From positions 1 to 21,880 of the forward strand of contig NW_021823567.1 in assembly GCF_006345805.1 (NCBI RefSeq): a stretch of DNA of 21,880 nt, given 5' to 3'. Both the position numbers and the translations under genes were made by a program. This document shows, piece by piece, positions 1 to 10,048 of the stretch. The first letter of the stretch is position 1. Each line of letters starts with the position of its first letter. Under the pieces are notes generated by a model. It did no database searches. It was not told the origin of the DNA and saw nothing but the letters and a program-made list of their open reading frames with translations. The stretch is from Octopus sinensis (Eukaryota).

Positions 1-5
1 CGTGC

Positions 6-55
<50 letters not shown>

Positions 56-278
56 TGTGTGTGCGTGTGTTCAGTGTGTTGTGTTTCTCTCCACCATCAC
101 TTGACAACCGATGTTGGTGCGTTTACGCCACCGTAACTTAGCGGTTCGGCAAAAGAGACCGATAGAATAAGTACTAGGCTTACAAAGAATAAGTCCTGGG
201 GTCGAGTTGCTCGACTAAAGGCGGTGCTCCAGCATGGCAGCCGTCAAATGATTGAAACAAGTAAAAGAATAAAAAAAG
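1..278 (+). mobile_element. SINE family A, 3' half (GT microsatellite plus 3' body and tail); head lies outside the window
   Basis: Matches the 3' half of the full copy at 5287-5706 (cttgacaaccgatg...gcggttcggcaaaagagaccgatagaataagtact...gaaacaagtaaaaga). Confidence 0.9.
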
Positions 279-286
279 GAGCACGT

Positions 287-291
287 CCGTG

Positions 292-344
<53 letters not shown>

Positions 345-348
345 GTGT

Positions 349-388
<40 letters not shown>

Positions 389-610
389 TGTTTGCGTGCA
401 TGTGTTTGTCTCCCCACATCGCTTGATAATCGGTGTTGGTGTGTTCACATCCCCGTAACTAAGCGGTTCGGCAAAAGAGTCCGATAGAATAAGTACTCGG
501 ATAGGTTTACAAAGAAAAAGTCCTGGTGTAGATTTGTTCGACTAAAGGCGGTGATCCAACATGGCCGCAGTCAAATGACAGAAACATATAAAAGAACAGA
601 AGGATAAAAG
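287..610 (+). mobile_element. SINE family A, headless 3' half in tandem with the previous copy
   Basis: (GT)n followed by the same 3' body; no tRNA-like head between 278 and 287. Confidence 0.85.
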
Positions 611-830
611 CATATATATATATGTGTGTGTGTGTGTGTATATTATATATATATATGTGTTTGTATATATACATATGTATACAGACATACATGCATACAT
701 ACATACATACATACATACATACATACATACATACATACATACATACACCATACATACATACAAAGATACATATAATTATATATATGCATACTTATATATA
801 TATATATGTAAATGCTGGTGTGTGTGTGCT
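611..830. repeat. Compound microsatellite (TA)n/(TG)n/(CATA)n
   Basis: Directly visible; CATA array at about 686-760. Confidence 0.95.
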
Positions 831-1355
831 TGTCTAACTGCAACAGAATTCTAATTAGATACCAACCCCTTAAAATTTCCCCATTAAAACAAATTTGGAA
901 ATACTCACTGGATTACCTCTGCCTTATATATAACTAATAAACTATACACCAAAAACTATATTCTGCTATGTTGCATTTCTATTTCTATATTGATGTAATT
1001 TATTAAATGTTTCACTTTTTTCATATTAAATTTGTTTTAATCGCTGGCTTCAAATTTGCTCACATCATAACCTACATGGAAATGCTTTACTTATAAACAG
1101 ATACACATTTTAACCTTTAAAATTTGTAACACCGAAATAGCAAAACCTAGAATGTCATACGATTTTATGGCCTACATTTTTAGTGATAAAAAAAATATAT
1201 CTTTTTATTTGTCGTTTTGTTTCTCATTTTCTTTAAAATATAATTTCTCTGCAGTCAAATTTAAATAAAAACACTCCTTATTGACAAACGTTCTTCGTAG
1301 TTTTTTCTTTGCTTCTTTTCCAAATAATTTGAAAAGAATTATTCTTTTTCTTTTT

Positions 1356-2218
1356 TTATCTTTTATTTGTTCCTGCCATAAGACTGCAGCCATGCTGCCG
1401 CTCCACCTTGTAGAATTTTAGTCAAATGGTTTGGCACCAGTACTTGTTTTCTTCTTGTTTTGTTTTTTTTACCTGTTACTTATTCCATTGGTCTTTTATG
1501 ACGAACCACTAAGAACGGAACGTAAACACACCGACATCAGTTGTCAAGCAATGGTGGGGAACAAACGTAGACAAGACACACGCACACAGATACACAAACA
1601 AGTATGTATATGTACATACATATATGGGAATGGAAGCACTCCGTCGGTTACGACGATGAGGGTTCCGGTTGATCCGAATCAACGGAACAGCCTGCTCGTG
1701 AAATTAACGTCTAAGTGGCTGAGCACTCCACATACACGTGTATCCTTAACGTAGTTCTCGGGGATATTCAGCGTGACACAGAGAGTGACAAGGCTGGCCC
1801 TTTGAAATACAGGTACGACAGAAACAGGAAGTAAGAGTGAGAGAAAGTTGTGGTGAAAGAGTACAGCAGGGATCACCACCATCCCCTGCCGGAGCCTCGT
1901 GGAGCTTAGATGTTTTCGCTCAATAAACACTCACAAACCCGGTCTAGGAATCGAAACCGCGATCCTATGACCGCGAGTCCGCTGCCCTAACCACTGTGCC
2001 ATTGCGCCTCCCCATACATATATAAACACATATATATGTGTGTGTGTGCTTGTGTATGTATACGACGGACTTCTTTCAGCTTCCGTCTACCATTTCCAGT
2101 CACAAAGCTTTCATCACTCTGATGTTACAGTAAAAGACATTTGTCCAAGGTGCAAGACAGTGGGACTGAACCCAAAACCATGAAGTTGGGAAGCAAACTT
2201 CTTACCACACAGCCACCT
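1356..2218 (-). mobile_element. Old diverged SINE A, interrupted by a SINE B in its central microsatellite
   Basis: 3' body at 1356-1600 and tRNA-like head at 2060-2218 (gtgggactgaacccaaaacc...cttaccacacagccac), both reverse-complement to family A. Confidence 0.8.
1626..2011 (-). mobile_element. SINE family B, full length (~390 bp, tRNA-derived head)
   Basis: Near-identical to copies at 4733, 5912 and 9017; A-box and B-box-like motifs in the head; TSD catacatatat at 1615-1625 and 2013-2023. Confidence 0.93.
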
Positions 2219-2447
2219 ATTATTGAAATAACTTTTAAATATGATTTTAGGATATTTAATTAAAATTCGGATAGGGTATCGTTTATCTTTTCTTTTTCTG
2301 TTATTGAACTGTGGCCATGCTGTCTGTTTAAGTCTGAGACATTCTATCGGCGTCTTTTACGACCGCTAGGTTCCAGAACGTAAAAAAAACAATACCAGTT
2401 CTTGGGCGGTGGAACACAAACAGACACACATACACACTCCGCCCCTA

Positions 2448-2487
2448 AATATATATATATTACATATATATTATATATATTTATATA

Positions 2488-2520
<33 letters not shown>

Positions 2521-2545
2521 CGTATATATATATATAATACAATAT
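2448..2545. repeat. (TA)n microsatellite
   Basis: Directly visible. Confidence 0.95.
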
Positions 2546-2611
2546 AATTAAGATTCAGTTTGAATAGGTGCTTAATAGAATGGTTTATCCTTTATGTTTA
2601 GGTCTATTCGG

Positions 2612-2696
2612 TCATCTGACGATAACTGTTTCTTTCAAATTGATGTAATGTTTTCACTAACCAATTAAATGGAGCCGCTTGAAACGGCCGTCATGG
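2612..2696 (+). ncRNA. Candidate minimal type I hammerhead ribozyme
   Basis: CTGACGA (2616-2622) ... GAAA-C-GGCC-G-TC (2681-2692); stem I tcat/atgg; long imperfect stem II. Confidence 0.55.
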
Positions 2697-2797
2697 ATTT
2701 TCAGCTGTACATTTTTGTTATTTATACACACACTCTCACACACACATACGCGCGCGCGCACGCACACACAACAGGCTTCTAGAAGTTTCCGTCTATC

Positions 2798-3228
2798 CAG
2801 GGCCGGATTAAGACCCATCGAAGCCCTAAGCACTTAAAAGATCAGGGTGGCCCCATGAAGGATTACGTTATTCAAAATATAGACAATAACAAAACATGAC
2901 ATAAATCTTTATTTTTCAAAACGAAACAAAGCAGTTAGAGGGAAAATAATGTTTAATTTTGTATACTTCCACTTTATTTATATTTGAAAAGTTTCTTCCT
3001 AGTTTTTTGAATTGCAAAGTCTTTGATCAGATCCTCAAAATTTTTCTTAAGTAACACATCTGCATCTATACTTGGTAGAGATAAAGGCATCCCGAATATT
3101 ACTTTAACAAGTTTAAAGTGATTTCTTTTGTGCCGTTAACCATTTACCATTTCTGTGGTGTCCCTACCCCAACTTCTATTGATGCTCTAAGTACGTGCTT
3201 ATTTTGCTTAATGGTTAATCCAGCGCTG
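2798..3228 (-). mobile_element. Non-autonomous hAT DNA transposon (internal deletion derivative, 431 bp)
   Basis: Terminal inverted repeats (TIRs) cagggccggattaa / ttaatccagcgctg (12/14 match); 8-bp TSD cgtctatc (2790-2797) / cgtctacc (3229-3236); transposase remnant inside. Confidence 0.88.
2974..3090 (-). pseudogene. hAT transposase C-terminal (dimerisation-region) remnant
   Basis: Manual translation MPLSLPSIDADVLLKKNFEDLIKDFAIQKTRKKLFKYK* resembles the LSLLSIE...FDDLI.DFA..K.RK ending of hAT (ZMYM1-like) transposases. Confidence 0.75.
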
Positions 3229-3739
3229 CGTCTACCAAATCGATTCACAAAGCATTAGTCTGTTCGAGACTATAGCATATAACACTTGCTCAAGTTGCCG
3301 TGCAGTGGGGCTGAACCCAAAACTACATGATAGCAAGGTGAGTTATTACGCATTCAGTCATGCCTGCGCCAAAAAAAAGTATAAATCACTTTTTGAAAGC
3401 GACTTCCCTAAGTGATTAACAGCAGGGAACATGCTGCCCCAGTCTTTCGATGCCTTAAGCATCGTAACTACAAAGACTCAAATCTTATTGTAACAGCATG
3501 TCAGTCGCTTGGAAGTCGCTATTTTTATATATTGTATATATATATATTAGTCTTAGCGCAGTTACATAATCTGTCAGTTGACACGGCCTCCTTATATATA
3601 ACACTAGACCAGCAGTCAACGAGTGAGTCTCCACGTGTTGTTAGCTCCGACCTGCTAAATCTCTCTCTAACCTAACACCCTTCTACCGTCTGAAGAAGAG
3701 AAAGGCATAATGATGGATGATGCAGTAATATATATAGTA

Positions 3740-3978
3740 AGGCGGGCGGCGGGAGGCGAGCTGGTAGAAACGTTAGCACGCCGGGCGAGATTCGTAGCCG
3801 TATTTCGTCTGCCGTTACGTTCCGAGTTCAAATTCCGCCGAGGTCGACTTTGCTTTTCATCCTTTCGGGGTCGATAAATTAAGTACCAGTTACGCACTGG
3901 GGTCCATGTAGTCGACTTAATCCCTTTGTCTGTCCTTGTTTGTCCCCTCTGTGTTTAGACCCTTGTGGGTAGTAAAGA
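3740..3978 (+). mobile_element. SINE family C, full length (~240 bp)
   Basis: Head ggcgagctgg…gagttcaaattcc, central motif ttcatcctttcggggtcgataaattaagtacc; 13-bp TSD aatatatatagta at 3727-3739 and 3979-3991. Confidence 0.9.
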
Positions 3979-4066
3979 AATATATATAGTATGTATGTCT
4001 TGTGTCTGAAGAAAAAGAAAAAAAGAAAAGGAACAAATCGACGGTTGGATATGGAAAATATTCAGA

Positions 4067-4522
4067 GGTGCAGATATGGCAGTGTGGTTAAGAAGCTCGC
4101 TTTGCAGCTACGTGGTCTCGGGTTCAATCGTACAGCGCGGCACCTTGAGCAAGTGTCCTCTATAGTCGCAGATTGACTAATGCCTTGTTGATGAATTTGA
4201 TAGGCGCGGAAATTGTGTGAAACCCGTCGTAACATGTGTGTGTGTTGTGTGTGTGTGTGTGTGTGTTTGCGTGCGTGTGTGTGAGCGTGTGCGTAGTGTG
4301 TCTTTGTGTTTCTTTGTTTTCTCCGGCCACTATTTGACAAACGCGTTGGTTTGTTTACGCCTCTAACTTAAAAGTTCAGCAAAGGACAACGATAGAATAA
4401 TAAACTTTACAAAAAAAAAAACAAACAAAAAGTAGTGGGATCGATTTCGACTAAACCCTTCGAGGCGGTGCTCTAGCATGGCCGCAATCCTATGACTGAA
4501 ACATGTAAAAGATAAAAAAAGA
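4067..4522 (+). mobile_element. SINE A, full length, diverged
   Basis: Head, ccttgagcaagtg motif, central (GT)n and 3' body all recognisable. Confidence 0.85.
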
Positions 4523-4732
4523 TTCGCCCAGTCAGCGCTTACCTAGAGATTAACAGCTGCAGCCGCAATGCTACACTTCAATGACATATACATTGTTTGT
4601 GGTTTGTAGATATTGACCGTTCCATAGATATAATAAGCCGAGCCGGATTCTTAGAAAAGGAGAGGAAAAGAGTTATATGTATGTGTATATTTAATACTTG
4701 ATACAGTCTAGCGTCGGTTAACCTTGATTAAA

Positions 4733-5120
4733 TGGATGGAAGCACTCCGTCGGTTACGACGATGAGGGTTCCGGTTGATCCGAATCAACGGAACAGCCTG
4801 CTCGTGAAATTAACGTGTAAGTGGCTGAGCACTCCACAGACACGTGTACCCTTAACGTAGTTCTCGGGGATATTCAGCGTGACACAGAGAGTGACAAGGC
4901 CGGCCCCTTGAAATACAGGTACAACAGAAACAGGAAGTAAGAGTGAGAGAAAGTTGTGGTGAAAGAGTACAGCAGGGATCACCACCATCCCCTGCCGGAG
5001 CCTCGTGGAGCTTTTAGGTGTTTTCGCTCAATAAACACTCACAACGCCCGGTCTGGGAATCGAAACCGCGTCCTATGACCGCGAGTCCGCTGCCCTAACC
5101 ACTGGGCCATTGCGCCTCCA
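4733..5120 (-). mobile_element. SINE B, full length
   Basis: Perfect 13-bp TSD aaccttgattaaa at 4720-4732 and 5121-5133. Confidence 0.95.
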
Positions 5121-5286
5121 AACCTTGATTAAACAAGCCTATGACCAATGACAAACCAATCTAGATGTGGTCAACCAATCTTATTTTTACGCATAGTATA
5201 TCCTATTGAAATTTCACTTAAGAGGTTCTGCGTTCTGGTTATCAGATACGCCTGGCTCAATTCTGGTTACATTTTATACGTAGTTA

Positions 5287-5706
5287 GGCGCAGGAGTGGC
5301 TGTGTGGTAAGTAGCTTGCTAACCAACCACATGGGTCCGGGTTCAGTCCCACTGCGTGGCACTTTGGGCAAGTGTCTTCTACTATAGCCTCGGGCCGACC
5401 AATGCCTTGTGAGTGGATTTGGTAGACGGAAACTGAAAGAAGCCTGTCGTATATATGTATATATATATATATGTGTATGTGTGTGTGTGTTTGTGTGTCC
5501 GTGTTTGTCTCCCTAGCATTGCTTGACAACCGATGCTGGTGTGTTTACGTCCCCGTCACTTAGCGGTTCGGCAAAAGAGACCGATAGAATAAGTACTAGG
5601 CTTACAAAGAATAAGTCCCGGGGTCGATTTGCTCGACTAAAGGCGGTACTCCAGCATGGCCGCAGTCAAATGACTGAAACAAGTAAAAGAATAAAAGAGT
5701 AAAAAA
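5287..5706 (+). mobile_element. SINE A, full length, young (reference copy used here)
   Basis: A-box tggctgtgtgg, B-box ggttcagtccc, central (TA)(TG) microsatellite, GTAAAAGA-like repeated tail. Confidence 0.93.
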
Positions 5707-5911
5707 GGGTTATCTGCTACCTGATCTCGGCATTTTGGGAGGTAGGGCTGAGAGCTAACTGATAATTTGTTATATAAAACGAACCAGATCTGTTCGATCC
5801 CCATTCTAACTTAACTGGAATGCTCTCCGTGAGCCAGATTTTACAGCAAGACTAAACACAAGTGGACATGACTTGATGCTGTATTTATCTATGGCATGTG
5901 GGTTGCGGAGT

Positions 5912-6295
5912 GGAGGCGCAATGGCCCAGTGGTTAGGGCAGCGGACTCGCGGTCATAGGATCGCGGTTTCGATTCCCAGACCGGGCGTTGTGAGTGTTTA
6001 TTGAGCGAAAACACCTAAAAGCTCCACGAGGTTCCGGCAGGGGTTGGTGGTGATCCCTGCTGTACTCTTTCACCACAACTTTCTCTCACTCTTACTTCCT
6101 GTTTCTGTTGTACCTGTATTTCAAAGGGCCGGCCTTGTCACTCTCTGTGTCACGCTGAATATCCCCGAAAACTACGTTAAGGGTACACGTGTCTGTGGAG
6201 TGCTCAGCCACTTACACGTTAATTTCACGAGCAGGCTGTTCCGTTGATTCGGATCAACCGGAACCCTCATCGTCGTAACCGACGGAGTGTTTCCC
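5912..6295 (+). mobile_element. SINE B, full length
   Basis: TSD gtgggttgcgg at 5898-5908 and 6303-6313. Confidence 0.95.
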
Positions 6296-6477
6296 TTAGA
6301 GAGTGGGTTGCGGTAGAACGTTTAAGAAGCTGGCTATCCAATGTTTCTGTCTTACTTGAGTCCACGTTGCTGCACCTCGATGTTGAAAAGTGGTTGGTTG
6401 TGCTGGTTTGTTATTGTTATTGTGGTTGTTTTAGTCAAAGGTCGGCCCTGAATGAAAAACTTATAAAAGGTATTCTA

Positions 6478-6526
6478 GGCACAGGAGTGGCTGTGTGGTA
6501 AGTAGCTTGCTTACCAACCACATGGT
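6478..6526 (+). mobile_element. Isolated SINE A head fragment (first ~49 nt)
   Basis: ggcacaggagtggctgtgtggtaagtagcttgcttaccaaccacatggt, then an abrupt end. Confidence 0.85.
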
Positions 6527-6575
6527 ATTAAAAGAAGGATCTAGTAGGAAATATACGCAAAAATTAAGAGTGTGC

Positions 6576-6578
<3 letters not shown>

Positions 6579-6622
<44 letters not shown>
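6579..6622. repeat. (GT)n microsatellite
   Basis: Directly visible. Confidence 0.95.
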
Positions 6623-6626
<4 letters not shown>

Positions 6627-6631
6627 AACTA

Positions 6632-6973
6632 TTTACTCTTTACTCTTTTACTTGTTTCAGTCATTTGACTGCGGCTATGCTGGAGCACCGCCTTTAGTCG
6701 AGCGAATCGACCCCAGGACTTATTCTTTGTAAGCCTAGTACTTATTCTGTCGGTTCTCTTTTGTCGAACCGCTAAGTTACGGGGACGTAAACACACTAGC
6801 ATCGGTTGTCAAGTGATGTTGGGGGACAAACACATACACACAAACATATGCACACACATATATATATACATATATACGACGGGCTTCTTTCAGTTTCCGT
6901 CTACCAAATCCACTCACAAGGCTTTGGTCGGCCCGAGGCTATAGTAGAAGACACTTGCCCAACGTGCCACGCA
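6632..6973 (-). mobile_element. SINE A lacking its first ~65 nt
   Basis: Reverse complement of the family A body and tail; stops at gtgccacgca. Confidence 0.9.
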
Positions 6974-6983
6974 TAGAATTATT

Positions 6984-7202
6984 GTTAGAAATAGCGGCTA
7001 AATCTTAAACTACACCACAACGTCTAAAAGAACAAAACGGATGATAAATTGTGCTGCGGCACTAATTGTAAACAAAGTTTGATGATGGGGAAAGAATTGG
7101 TTGCCACCTTTTTCTTTTATCCAACTCTATATTCGTCTTTTTGTTCCATTTTAAGACGTTATAGTGTAGTTTAAGGAAGATTTGTTTGTTATTTCTTGCA
7201 GG
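6984..7202. repeat. Imperfect inverted repeat of a short dispersed motif (family D)
   Basis: tagaaatagcggctaaatcttaaactacaccacaacgtctaaaagaacaaaa versus the reverse complement of about 7138-7200. Confidence 0.65.
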
Positions 7203-7499
7203 CTGAGAAACCACGTAAAAGCTTCATATGTGCTGATCTACATTACCATGGAGATCAGCATAAACAAAAATATCAATAATGGACGCTTTCGATTGGCTGT
7301 AATTGTATAATTTTTAATGCTTCTAACGTTTTTAGTATTTATTTCTAAAAAAAAAAAAATTAATGCAATTTTCCTCAACGAACAAAACTTCACGTAAACT
7401 ACATTTAAAAAAAAATAATTGGTGAAAATTTGAAAAACTTCAAGTGGTTGGAAGAAATTTAGCAAAAACTGTCCTGGGGGCAAACGGCTTTGTTGTTGG

Positions 7500-7790
7500 T
7501 ATTACTACTGTTCAAGCAACACCTGTGGTTGTTGCTATGGTTATGATAATGGTGAAAGCGGAGGTGGTAGTGGTGGTAGTAGTGGTAGTAGTGGTAGTGT
7601 TGGGAATTGTGATGATGGCGACAAGGAGAGTGTTGTTAGTGGTGGTGGTGATGGCGATGGTGTGCCGGCGGCGGTGTTAATATTGTTGAGAGTAGCGGTG
7701 GTAGTGATGGTAGTGGTGAGGGTCCTTGTGATGACGGCGATAAATGTGGCGTTGACGGAAAGGGTGGTAACGGTTGTGACGTCAGTGGTA
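7500..7790. repeat. Degenerate (GTG/GTA/GAT)n low-complexity tract
   Basis: Triplet-periodic G/T-rich sequence. Confidence 0.85.
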
Positions 7791-8051
7791 ATTGTTTTTT
7801 GTAAAAAGATGGCTCAGTAGCACGCTTCGCGTTGAAAACATTTGAAGGATTGGCTGTAATTCTTTGTGTTACTCTAAAGATGATATGACAAAGAAGTCAA
7901 ACTAAGAAGGAGTTTAAGAATGTAGGAAAGGAAGAGGGGGAAGGAGAAGAAAGAGCGAAACGAAGAATATGAGACGGATTGACCTTCAGAGGAAGGAGTG
8001 ACACCTTGGTCTGTAAAAACAATAATATCCAAGAATTTTGTTTGTATTGAG

Positions 8052-8643
8052 TTACTCTCTTTTTACTTGTTTCAGTCATTTTGACTGCGGCCATGCTGGA
8101 GCACCGCCTTTAATCGAGCAACTCGACCCCCGGGACTTATTCTTTTGTAAGCCCAGTATTTATTATATCGGTCTCTTTTGCCGAACCGCTAAGTAACGGG
8201 GGACATAAACACACCAGCATCGGTTGTCAAGCAATGCCAGGGGGGACAAACACAGACACACAAACACACACACACACACACACACGCATATATATATATA
8301 TAGCGGTTCGGCAAAAGAGACCGATAGAATAAGTACTGGGCTTATATACGACATATATACGACGGGCTTCTTTCAGTTTCCGTCTACCAAATCCACTCAC
8401 AAGGCTTTGGTCGGCCCGAGGCTATAGTAGAAGACACTTGCCCAAGGTGGTACGCGACTGCGGCCATGCTAGAGCACCGCCTTTAATCGAGCAACTCGAC
8501 CCCGGGACTTATTCTTTTGTAAGCCCAGTATTTATTATATCGGTCTCTTTTGCCGAACCGCTAGGTAACGGGGACATAAACACACCAGCATCGGTTGTCA
8601 AGCAATGCTAGGGGGGACAAACACAGACACACAAACACACACA

Positions 8644-8712
<69 letters not shown>

Positions 8713-8930
8713 GCGGTTCGGCAAAAGAGACCGATAGAATAAGTACTGGGCTTATATACGACATATATACGACAGGCTTCTTTCAGTTTCCGTCTACCAA
8801 ATCCACTCACAAGGCTTTGGTCGGCCCGAGGCTATAGTAGAAGACACTTGCCCAAGGTGCTACGCAGTGGGACTGAACCTGGAACCATGTGGCTGGTAAA
8901 CAAGCTACTTACCACACAGCCGCTCCTGCT
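8052..8930 (-). mobile_element. SINE A with an internal tandem duplication and an inverted self-insert in each unit
   Basis: Unit 8083-8455 is repeated from 8456; 44-bp inverted segments at 8301-8344 and 8711-8754. Confidence 0.9.
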
Positions 8931-9016
8931 GCTATATATGTTTGTTATTGTAGTAAAGCGATAAATGAAGGAATTGGTACAGCGCAGGATATTTCCTTGC
9001 AGTGTATTTTCGTTAA

Positions 9017-9402
9017 GGAGGCGCAATGGCCCAGTGGTTAGGGCAGCGGACTCGCGGTCATAGGATCGCGGTTTCGATTCCCAGACCGGGCGTTGTGAGT
9101 GTTTATTGAGCGAAAACACCCAAAGCTCCACGAGGCTCCGGCACGGGATGGTGGTGATCCCTGCTGTACTCTTTCACCACAACTTTCTCTCACTCTTACT
9201 TCCTGTTTCGGTTGTACCTGTATTTCAAAGGGCCGGCCTTGTCACTCTCTGTGTCACGCTGAATATCCCCGAGAACTACGTTAAGGGTACACGTGTCTGT
9301 GGAGTGCTCAGCCACTTACACGTTAATTTCACGAGCAGGCTGTTCCGTTGATTCGGATCAACCGGAACCCACGTCGTCGTAACCGACGGAGTGCTTCCAT
9401 CC
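9017..9402 (+). mobile_element. SINE B, full length
   Basis: TSD attttcgttaag at 9006-9017 and 9403-9414. Confidence 0.95.
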
Positions 9403-9473
9403 ATTTTCGTTAAGTCATTTTATGTTTGTGGGTTTACCTTCTCTTACCGGATCGATAAAAAATAATTGGTAAA

Positions 9474-9629
9474 GGCGCAGGCGTGGCTGTGTCGTAAGAA
9501 GTTTACCTGGCAACCATATGGTTCCGAGATCAGTCCCACTGCGTGGCATCTCGGGTAAGTGTCTTCTATTATAATTTCGGGTCGATCAAAGCCTTGTGAG
9601 TGGATGTGGCAGACGGAAAGCGACGGAGG

Positions 9630-9677
<48 letters not shown>

Positions 9678-9725
9678 CGCGTGTGTGTGTTGTGTGTGTT
9701 TGTGCGTGTGCGTGTGTGTGTGTGC

Positions 9726-9767
<42 letters not shown>

Positions 9768-9784
9768 GTGTGCGTGTGTGTGTT

Positions 9785-9818
<34 letters not shown>

Positions 9819-10048
9819 CGTGCGCTTGTGTATGTATATGCGTGTGTGTGTATGTGTGTGTGTGCGTATAGCGTCCACTACCGCTTGACAATCAGTGTTG
9901 GTTTGTTTACATTTCAGTAACTTAGCTGTTCGGCAAACGACACCGATAGAATAAGTACGAGCCTTAAAAAAAGGACTTGGGTAGATTCGTTCGACTGTAA
10001 ACTCTTCAAAGCAGTGCCCCAGCATGGTCACAGCTACTAGATAAAAGA
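9474..10048 (+). mobile_element. SINE A, diverged, with an expanded (GT)n core
   Basis: Head 9474-9630, GT tract about 9632-9866, then the 3' body. Confidence 0.87.

Larger units (their letters stand above)
2284..3370 (-). mobile_element. Old diverged SINE A carrying nested insertions
   Basis: 3' part at 2284-2440, middle at 2725-2797 and head at 3229-3370 (…gtggggctgaacccaaaac…cctgcgcc) are colinear with family A once the inserts are removed. Confidence 0.7.

Noticed and set aside
180-854. ORFs rich in HT/CV/YI/MYVC repeats (also 4062-4340, 8163-8837, 9444-10031)
   Set aside because: Translations of dinucleotide and tetranucleotide microsatellites inside SINEs.
1679-1930. Recurrent MVVIPAVLFHHNF... 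ORF in four places
   Set aside because: It recurs only because SINE B is multicopy; start codons differ between copies and there is no recognisable domain.
5912-5990. tRNA-like sequence with A and B boxes
   Set aside because: SINE head with imperfect acceptor and anticodon stems, always attached to the SINE body; parent tRNA is ambiguous.
4733-6295. Composite transposon bounded by ~390-bp inverted repeats
   Set aside because: Each repeat has its own distinct TSD, so they inserted independently.
7444-7680. Poly-Val membrane-like ORF
   Set aside because: Product of a GTG/GTA low-complexity tract.
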